A DNA stretch of 64,000 bases from Candidatus Nomurabacteria bacterium. GTDB taxonomy: Bacteria; Patescibacteriota; Minisyncoccia; Phycocordibacterales; UBA9973. The DNA lies in NCBI GenBank assembly GCA_052035195.1, contig JBPOHU010000001.1:104031-168030 (forward strand), in the 5' to 3' direction. Of the stretch, positions 57,725-64,000 are shown one piece after another (the stretch's first letter is position 1; each line of letters opens with the position of its first letter). A program made the translations under genes and the position numbers. A model generated the notes under the pieces. That model searched no databases, was not told the DNA's origin, and saw only the letters and a program-made list of their open reading frames with translations.

Positions 57725-58438
57725 TTATTTTGTTGAAGCAGAAAACATTTCAAATCCTTTCGAAACATTTTCAACCTGGACATGTGCACTATTGAGAAGC
57801 TTGCAAACTTCCTCAAAAAATTCAGGTGTACAACCCAAGCTGTATGGGTTTTTAACCACCTGGTGGAAGTTCAGGATAAGCCAAAGGTCATAACCTTGAG
57901 CAGTTATTATCCAGCTCTTAACATCTTCAATTGTTGTATCTTTTCTTACAACCTTACAGCTAATTTTGAAAGGGTTGACTCTGTGAGGATTAAATCCGGG
58001 AAATTCTCCATAAAAATGGTTTTCTGTTGTGCGAGCATTTTTGTATCCCGCATCAGATACCATTTTTATTATCTGTTTATTAAACCTGCCACCGTATGGA
58101 TAGGCAAATGATTTAACTTCTTTCCCCGTAAGACTTTCCAGGACTTCTTTCGATTTCCTTATGTCTTTTTCTTTTTTGAACCAGAGATAGTAAGGAAAAA
58201 GAGAACGATTTAACCCATTAGAGCCAATCTCGTGATCGAAACTGCTAATCTCATGATTGAGACCGCTGATAATCTCAACCTGATTGGGCTTCATATACAG
58301 AAGCCCGCCACTTTTCATATTGTTTACAACAATATAAAACGTACCAGGGAGCTTGTAATCCTCCAGGAATGGCAGGGCATTCTCAAACTGAGAAAGCCAG
58401 CCATCGTCAAACGTTAAAGAAACAATTTGTTTTTCCAT
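57725..58438 (-). CDS. NodB-type polysaccharide deacetylase homolog with degenerate metal site
   Basis: TFDDG, FAYPYG and WLILNFH present; HxxxH motif replaced. Confidence 0.85.
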   Translation of the reverse strand: MEKQIVSLTFDDGWLSQFENALPFLEDYKLPGTFYIVVNNMKSGGLLYMKPNQVEIISGLNHEISSFDHEIGSNGLNRSLFPYYLWFKKEKDIRKSKEVLESLTGKEVKSFAYPYGGRFNKQIIKMVSDAGYKNARTTENHFYGEFPGFNPHRVNPFKISCKVVRKDTTIEDVKSWIITAQGYDLWLILNFHQVVKNPYSLGCTPEFFEEVCKLLNSAHVQVENVSKGFEMFSASTK

Positions 58439-58522
58439 TTGTGTTGTTTTTGTTTACATTACAACTAAAGTACCAATTTGTCAAAATAAAAATCCCGAGC
58501 TTTTCAGCTCGGGAAATTGAAA

Positions 58523-58897
58523 CTATTTAGGAGACACTAAAATAAAAGAAAAACTAATACGGTGTGACTCCTTTACATTCATTTTACCATTCAAGGCAAC
58601 TGCACCGCCCCATGCAGACAAAAGTCTTTCGATTGCGTTTTTGATCGAACTTCTTGTTTTAAACACACCGATTTTCAGGCGGATACAAGTAGAAACATTA
58701 CCGTATTCTACCAGGTCGTTTACAATAGCCTCATCTTTAACCAGTTCTTTAAGGTCATCAGGTGTTAAAGACAGAAACATCGCCTTAAGATCCTTTTTTA
58801 TGGCAATAAGGCCTTCTGTTAAATCAGTGATTTCTTTTATCTTTTTTATCTTCTTTTCTCTTTCAAGAAGAAGGGTTTTCAAAGTATCCATATTCAT
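58523..58897 (-). CDS. hypothetical protein (ORFan unit)
   Basis: 124-aa ORF with own TTGACA promoter and terminator (58491-58515). Confidence 0.65.
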   Translation of the reverse strand: MNMDTLKTLLLEREKKIKKIKEITDLTEGLIAIKKDLKAMFLSLTPDDLKELVKDEAIVNDLVEYGNVSTCIRLKIGVFKTRSSIKNAIERLLSAWGGAVALNGKMNVKESHRISFSFILVSPK

Positions 58898-59010
58898 TTA
58901 TTTTTTTTCACATTAAATCATTTTAATAACTTTGTCAATAGTACGTAATAGGGAGGTTGGAGGCAAAAGGTGGTAACATTTAAAGATTAAAATAAAAAAA
59001 ATAATTAGAA

Positions 59011-59796
59011 ATGGAAGAATATTTAGAATTTGCAAAGAAGCTTGCCAAAGAAGCTGAAATAATAGCTTTGAAATATTTTAGTTTTGAAGTTGAAAAAACA
59101 TGGAAAGAAGACGATACTCCATTAACACTAGCTGATACAGAAATTAATGACCTGGTTATAAAAAGAATAAATGAATCTTATCCGGAACATAGTATTTATG
59201 GAGAAGAAAAAAGTGAGATAAAAGAAAACTCTAAATACATATGGGTTTGTGATCCAATAGATGGAACCTCAGGATTCTCATTAGGATTACCAATTTTTGT
59301 TTTTTCAATAGCTTTAGTAGACCAACAAACAGGCATGCCGATACTTGGTTTAATCAACGATCCAGTTATGAAAAATATGTACTGGGCCTACAAAGGATCT
59401 GGGGCTTATAGAAATAATCAAAAAATATCTGTATGCAAAAATGACACGCTAAAAAATTCTTATTTGAGTATTGGTGCTTCTGGTAAGAAAATTATGTTTT
59501 CACCAGTAAAACCTTTTGAAAAATTAATTGAAAAAAACTGCAAACAAATGAAGCTACCATCTTTTATTTATGGAGGCGTTCAAGTAGCAAATGGAAAATT
59601 TATTGGTTCTATATTTTATGCCGAAAGTGGTCATGACATAGCAGCTTTAAAAATTATTACTGAAGAAGCTGGTGGTAAGGTTACTGATTTAAACGGAAAA
59701 GAAAGAAGGTATGATAAAGATGGCGTTGGTTGTATTATCTCTAACGGAATATTACATCAAGAAATATTAGACATAGTCCAATCTGGAAAAAAATGA
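59011..59796 (+). CDS. inositol monophosphatase / histidinol-phosphatase family protein
   Basis: T.AD, GEE, WVCDPIDGT, DIAA..I.EEAGG. Confidence 0.92.
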   Translation: MEEYLEFAKKLAKEAEIIALKYFSFEVEKTWKEDDTPLTLADTEINDLVIKRINESYPEHSIYGEEKSEIKENSKYIWVCDPIDGTSGFSLGLPIFVFSIALVDQQTGMPILGLINDPVMKNMYWAYKGSGAYRNNQKISVCKNDTLKNSYLSIGASGKKIMFSPVKPFEKLIEKNCKQMKLPSFIYGGVQVANGKFIGSIFYAESGHDIAALKIITEEAGGKVTDLNGKERRYDKDGVGCIISNGILHQEILDIVQSGKK

Positions 59797-59997
59797 TTTT
59801 CACTAGGGAAGTGGTAAAAATGATGTTTTAGACAAGGGCCTCAAATGAGGCTTTTTGTGTATTTGAGTGATAAATAAGTCAGGGAATTAAAATAAAAAAA
59901 TAGCCTCAAGTAGGTAATAAATTGATCTACACCTCAAACTTCAAAATAAGCCCCGGGGAAGTGCTCTTTATAGAATAAGGGTATTTCGCCCCTTGCA

Positions 59998-60025
59998 ATG
60001 TCGTAAAAGATATATTGTGCGACAC
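59998..60025. other. candidate dif-like tyrosine-recombinase site (11-6-11)
   Basis: ATGTCGTAAAA-GATATA-TTGTGCGACAC imperfect inverted arms in a gap between convergent genes. Confidence 0.45.
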
Positions 60026-60064
60026 TATATAATTTATAAGGACTCTACCCCCGACTAGACAAAC

Positions 60065-60865
60065 CTACTGAAAAGTGGCGATGCATTTGTTGAAGTTTCT
60101 AACTTCAATATTGTAAGAATCTATTTTCTGTCGTGACAATGCCAATTTTTTATTATATTCATCAACATTGTTGTTAAAGATTTTTATATTGTTTTGGTAA
60201 GCAGGATCATTCTGAGCCCCTGGTGCCTCTAGTGTCTTTTTGAGTTCCCCTATTACCCTCTCTTCTTCCCGTAGGTCATTATTAAGGTCATCAATTTCTT
60301 TTTTAAGTTCTTCATTTATAGGAGGACAAACGACTCTACTTGTACCAAAATGTTGAACAGCAAACCAAACCTCTTTGCCTTCATACAAATCCTTCTTTAC
60401 AGAAACACCGATATCTTGATACTTAGTATTTAAAATATTTGCTTTATGTCCTTCACTATTCATCCAAGCTTTGACCACATCGTTGGCATCAATAAATTCT
60501 CCGAGAGCAAGATTCTCTCCCATGATTACATAGTCATATCCTGTCTTTTTTCCCAAATCAGAAACGCCTTCACCTGTTGGAGATTGGTGCTCAAAGTATT
60601 GTCTATCTATCATGTCTAAAACTTTTAGATCAGCTGATTCGTTAAGATTTGTATTTGTAGAAAGAGGCGGTAATCCTATTGCTACACGCTCTTTATTTGT
60701 TGCTTCAATAATATCAGTCGCTGTTATCAGTACTTCTCTTATTTGTGGTTTTGTAGATACCCAAGATAAAACACTTTTTGATTCAGAAAAAATAGCATCA
60801 TGATTTATCACAAACCACAGTGATGCCCATAGAGCTATTATTATGAGAAGTGTTTTCTTTAGCAT
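60065..60865 (-). CDS. CAP (SCP) domain secreted protein
   Basis: TNKER..GL, YFEHQSP, GENLA, WMNSEGHKANIL; start reassigned to 60865. Confidence 0.92.
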   Translation of the reverse strand: MLKKTLLIIIALWASLWFVINHDAIFSESKSVLSWVSTKPQIREVLITATDIIEATNKERVAIGLPPLSTNTNLNESADLKVLDMIDRQYFEHQSPTGEGVSDLGKKTGYDYVIMGENLALGEFIDANDVVKAWMNSEGHKANILNTKYQDIGVSVKKDLYEGKEVWFAVQHFGTSRVVCPPINEELKKEIDDLNNDLREEERVIGELKKTLEAPGAQNDPAYQNNIKIFNNNVDEYNKKLALSRQKIDSYNIEVRNFNKCIATFQ

Positions 60866-61245
60866 GATCCTTTTGTATACCCTTGTAGCGTAGCATCTTC
60901 TACGCTCTGAAACCAAATATAATTCTCTGGTTTTATACGATTTGTACCACTACACCCCGGAGTATAGTACTTTGTTCCATTTTTTGAGCCAACATAAAGA
61001 CCCTTTTGATTATTTTCTTTTATTTCTTTTGTAGTCTCTACACTTTCAGCACTTACCCCGGCAACCTCTGGTGTAATAGGTATTTTTTGAATATTAAGAA
61101 GGTCTGGAGAGCAAGAAAATACAATCCCCTTATCACTAAGCCCCTGCAACCCTACCTGTCTCCCTGTCAAAAAAGACAAGATTATAATCGTGGCTAAAAA
61201 AATAAGAAAAATGGCATTATAGTTAGACTCTACAAATTGCTTCAT
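60859..61245 (-). CDS. membrane protein with Ada metal-binding-like C-terminal domain
   Basis: YVGSKNGTKYY.PGC...IKPEN.IWF.S.E.A...GY. Confidence 0.7.
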   Translation of the reverse strand: MKQFVESNYNAIFLIFLATIIILSFLTGRQVGLQGLSDKGIVFSCSPDLLNIQKIPITPEVAGVSAESVETTKEIKENNQKGLYVGSKNGTKYYTPGCSGTNRIKPENYIWFQSVEDATLQGYTKGSC

Positions 61246-61413
61246 ATACTACCTATATTATATAGCAAAATAGCCCTTTAAACATGGCTAAAATAGGCCC
61301 ATATCCCCTATTTTTGACAAAAATAGCTGTTATTGGGCAAGTGAACCACTTTGTTGACAGAATTAGCTATTTCATATATTATTAGCTCCTAACAAACATT
61401 ATTTTCTAAGAAT

Positions 61414-61692
61414 ATGGCACATAAAAAGCAGGGGGCTGCATCAAAAAACCTTAAAGATTCAAATCCACAATATCTTGGTACAAAGATATACGATGGCGGA
61501 CTAGCAACAGCTGGAGCTATTATCGTACGTCAAAGAGGTACTAAAATCCTAGCTGGAGCAAACGTTGGTGTTGGAAAAGACCATACTTTATTTGCTCTTA
61601 AACAAGGTGTTGTAAAATTTTCAAATAAAAGAAAGTTGAACTTCGATGGCACAACAAGTACTCGAAAAGCTGCTCACGTTATAGAAAAATAA
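61414..61692 (+). CDS. rpmA: 50S ribosomal protein bL27
   Basis: [22 protein letters not shown]. Confidence 0.97.
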   Translation: MAHKKQGAASKNLKDSNPQYLGTKIYDGGLATAGAIIVRQRGTKILAGANVGVGKDHTLFALKQGVVKFSNKRKLNFDGTTSTRKAAHVIEK

Positions 61693-61735
61693 TCCTCAAA
61701 TAAAAAATCCTTAACAAATTGTTAAGGATTTTTTA

Positions 61736-62179
61736 TTATTTAGAACTTGTTATCAGGACTGTTATAGAACCTTTATAGTCACCTTCTTCTATAGAGACAG
61801 GATAAGATCCAACTTCTTTTATTGGTTCTTTTAAGACTATATTTTTAACTGAAATATTAACTCTCTGTTTTGATAGGGCTTCCACTATCTCAGATGCTCC
61901 TACTTTTGAAAACAAGTGACCCTTTTCATTGGCTCTCATTTCTATCTTTACCGTCATGTCTGGCAGGCTCTTTATAGCTGCCTCCAAAAGGCCGTGCTCT
62001 AAAGCTTTAGACGCTTTATCTGATTCTATCTTTCTGTTTAGTGCTTCAAGATTTTTGGCTGTTGCTGGTATAGCTTTCTTGTTTGGAAAAAGTGCGTTAG
62101 CGGCATAGCCATCACTAACTTCTATTACTTCTCCTTTCTTCCCTACTTTTGGTATTTGTTGTAACAGTATTACTTTCAT
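61736..62179 (-). CDS. rplI: 50S ribosomal protein bL9
   Basis: MKVILL..GKKGEVIEVSDGYA.N.LFP. Confidence 0.95.
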   Translation of the reverse strand: MKVILLQQIPKVGKKGEVIEVSDGYAANALFPNKKAIPATAKNLEALNRKIESDKASKALEHGLLEAAIKSLPDMTVKIEMRANEKGHLFSKVGASEIVEALSKQRVNISVKNIVLKEPIKEVGSYPVSIEEGDYKGSITVLITSSK

Positions 62180-62180
62180 A

Positions 62181-63404
62181 TTATTTTAAATAATTAATTG
62201 CCTCTTGTAGTTGAACATCTTTTTCCTGATCTTTATTTGGTTCAAGAACTACTTTAGGAGCAAGTCCGCTATCTGATATAGAGACACCGTTTGGTGTATA
62301 CCATTTTGCAATGGTGATCTTTATAGAGGTATCACTTGTTAAACGCATTAACTCTTGAACAGAACCCTTACCAAATGTTTGCTCTCCTACAAGTGTAGCT
62401 ACTCCGTGCTCAGAAAGCGCTCCGGCTAATATCTCAGAAGCAGAAGCTGAACCCTTGTTTACAAGTACAACCATTTTAATTTTGCCATTAAAGATACCTG
62501 GCCCCTTACTTTTATGCAAAACAATGTCTTTATCTGTTTTACCTATTTCTTTAACTATAACCTTACCTTCTGGTAAAAACCATCCCGCCATCGATACTGC
62601 AGCATCCAAATATCCACCTGGATTATTTCGCAAATCAAGAACAAGTTTTGTATAACCAGAATCAGCAAATTCTTTTAATGCATTTTGGAATAAAGATGGA
62701 GACTGAGCAGAAAAACTATAAAGCTTAATAACAAAAACTCCTTCTGCTTCATGGCGCTCTGTATCTACGGTAGGAATAGAGATTTTAGCTCTAGTTAATG
62801 GAATAACTTTTGGCTGTGCTAGTCCTTCTCGAACAATAGTAATATTAAGAGAAGTACCAGGCTCTCCCCTAATCATATCTATAGCTTTATCAACACCAAT
62901 ATCAGCACTGAGAGTATCATTTATTTTAACAACCTTATCTCCAGACATAATGCCGGCTTTAAAAGCAGGAGTGTCTTTAAGAGGTGCTACTACAGTTAAC
63001 ACTCCATCTTTTTGGGCTAACTCCATACCAACACCACCAAACTCCCCTGCTATTTCACTTTCAAACATCTTACTTTCTTCTGGTGTAAAAAATGTTGTGT
63101 AAGGATCCCCAAAAGAAGCTAGCATTCCTTTTATAGCACCATAAACGTGTTCTTGATTTGTAGTTTTGTCTGCCCCAGGGTACTTCTCTTTTACTAGTGC
63201 CCAAGCCTTCCAAAAGGGTTCGAAGTCTGTGGCTACAGATAATTCATTTGGTACTTCTTGATTTATTATTCCTACTACTTTTTGAGAAGAAGGTCTGTTT
63301 TCAAATCCAACATAAACACCTAGAAAAAAAACACCCACTACAGATAGAACAATTGCAAAAGTACGGAGCCCAATATGATAATGTTTTTTATTTTGATCTT
63401 CCAT
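62181..63404 (-). CDS. ctpA: S41 carboxyl-terminal processing protease
   Basis: DPYT, PDZ, LDLRNNPGG, SASASEI, FGKGSVQ. Confidence 0.95.
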   Translation of the reverse strand: MEDQNKKHYHIGLRTFAIVLSVVGVFFLGVYVGFENRPSSQKVVGIINQEVPNELSVATDFEPFWKAWALVKEKYPGADKTTNQEHVYGAIKGMLASFGDPYTTFFTPEESKMFESEIAGEFGGVGMELAQKDGVLTVVAPLKDTPAFKAGIMSGDKVVKINDTLSADIGVDKAIDMIRGEPGTSLNITIVREGLAQPKVIPLTRAKISIPTVDTERHEAEGVFVIKLYSFSAQSPSLFQNALKEFADSGYTKLVLDLRNNPGGYLDAAVSMAGWFLPEGKVIVKEIGKTDKDIVLHKSKGPGIFNGKIKMVVLVNKGSASASEILAGALSEHGVATLVGEQTFGKGSVQELMRLTSDTSIKITIAKWYTPNGVSISDSGLAPKVVLEPNKDQEKDVQLQEAINYLK

Positions 63405-63406
63405 GG

Positions 63407-63622
63407 CTACATTTGAGTTACATTATCATTAGTAGAAGATTCTGCTCTTTTGAGTTTTAGTTTTAAAATTCTGATTGATTTTTTCAAAGATAGAGCAAGT
63501 AAAATAATACTTAGTCCAAAAACAAACAAGATTATTGTTTTAATATTGCGAGGAAAGCCCAATATTGGCAAAGCAGTAATAACAATACCTATAAAAATAA
63601 GTAGCTTTAATTTACCTTTCAT
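63407..63622 (-). CDS. small two-TM protein
   Basis: LPILGFP motif between two hydrophobic helices. Confidence 0.65.
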   Translation of the reverse strand: MKGKLKLLIFIGIVITALPILGFPRNIKTIILFVFGLSIILLALSLKKSIRILKLKLKRAESSTNDNVTQM

Positions 63623-63665
63623 AACTATTATTATACCAAATTAAATCCCAGAATAATACTCTAAA

Positions 63666-64000
63666 TTATTTCGGTGAGACAATACAAACAAACTCCCCTC
63701 TACATTTATCTTTGTTTTCTGTGTAGTAATCAGCAAGTTCTTTTGCGAAACCAAGAATATACTCTTCAAACATTTTAGTCATTTCTCTAGCCACAAAAAG
63801 TTGCCTATCGCCCAAAATATTACTTAAGTCTGATAGAGTTTTTATTATTCTGTGTGGAGATTCATAAAAAACCACGACATGATCAGTTTCATTTATTTTT
63901 GAAAATAGTGTTTGCCTTCCTTTTTTATGGGGCACAAAACCGACAAATTCATAATGGTCCGATGGAAAGCCTGAGACAGATAATGCCGAAATAACGGCTG
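63666..64000 (-). CDS. rsmI: 16S rRNA cytidine-2'-O-methyltransferase RsmI, C-terminal part (runs off the window edge)
   Basis: ALSVSGFP..F.GFVPHKKGR, FYESPHR, AREMTKMFEE, GEFV. Confidence 0.93.
   Translation of the reverse strand, partial: AVISALSVSGFPSDHYEFVGFVPHKKGRQTLFSKINETDHVVVFYESPHRIIKTLSDLSNILGDRQLFVAREMTKMFEEYILGFAKELADYYTENKDKCRGEFVCIVSPK

Noticed and set aside
6888-62655. Many long antisense or overlapping ORFs in the track (e.g. 6888-7352, 19709-20461, 44545-45141, 50387-50854, 55448-56002)
   Set aside because: They lie opposite or inside well-supported genes and show no motifs; expected codon-bias shadows.

Overview
AT-rich bacterial chromosome segment, genetic code 11. Gene content points to Patescibacteria/CPR (Parcubacteria/OD1-like): short AlaRS, degenerate PriA and HolB, a sigma70-r4/HARE-HTH protein, a PaaX-like protein, an FtsA-like plus baseplate-J-like pair, and no Shine-Dalgarno motifs noticed. 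The backbone is housekeeping: valS, tsaD, trxB, ftsZA, ybeY, rpsU, priA, mreB, frr, rseP, mltG, mnmA, alaS, infA-rpmJ-rpsMKD-rpoA-rplQ-rplM-rpsI, grpE/dnaK/dnaJ, lysS, lexA, rpmA, rplI, ctpA, rsmI, tRNA-Val(GAC) and tRNA-Glu(TTC). Many self-contained single-gene ORFan units (promoter-gene-terminator) are interspersed in it. Most notable: (1) a tandem array of four unrelated one-gene cassettes behind tRNA-Glu, joined by a conserved repeat combining the tRNA 3' end, a terminator tail and a sigma70 promoter, with no integrase in the window; (2) an HhH-glycosylase-like gene paired with a ParB-like CTPase carrying a Cys/His insert; (3) a duplicated promoter plus structured 5' leader in front of unrelated membrane ORFs; (4) a uORF/long-stem switch over a 25-aa basic peptide; (5) a PMI-GH130-GH130-PMM mannoside operon between dnaK and dnaJ; (6) clear LexA and Fur/Zur operators, a leader-peptide attenuator and a candidate dif site. 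All family assignments come from reading motifs by eye; no searches were run.
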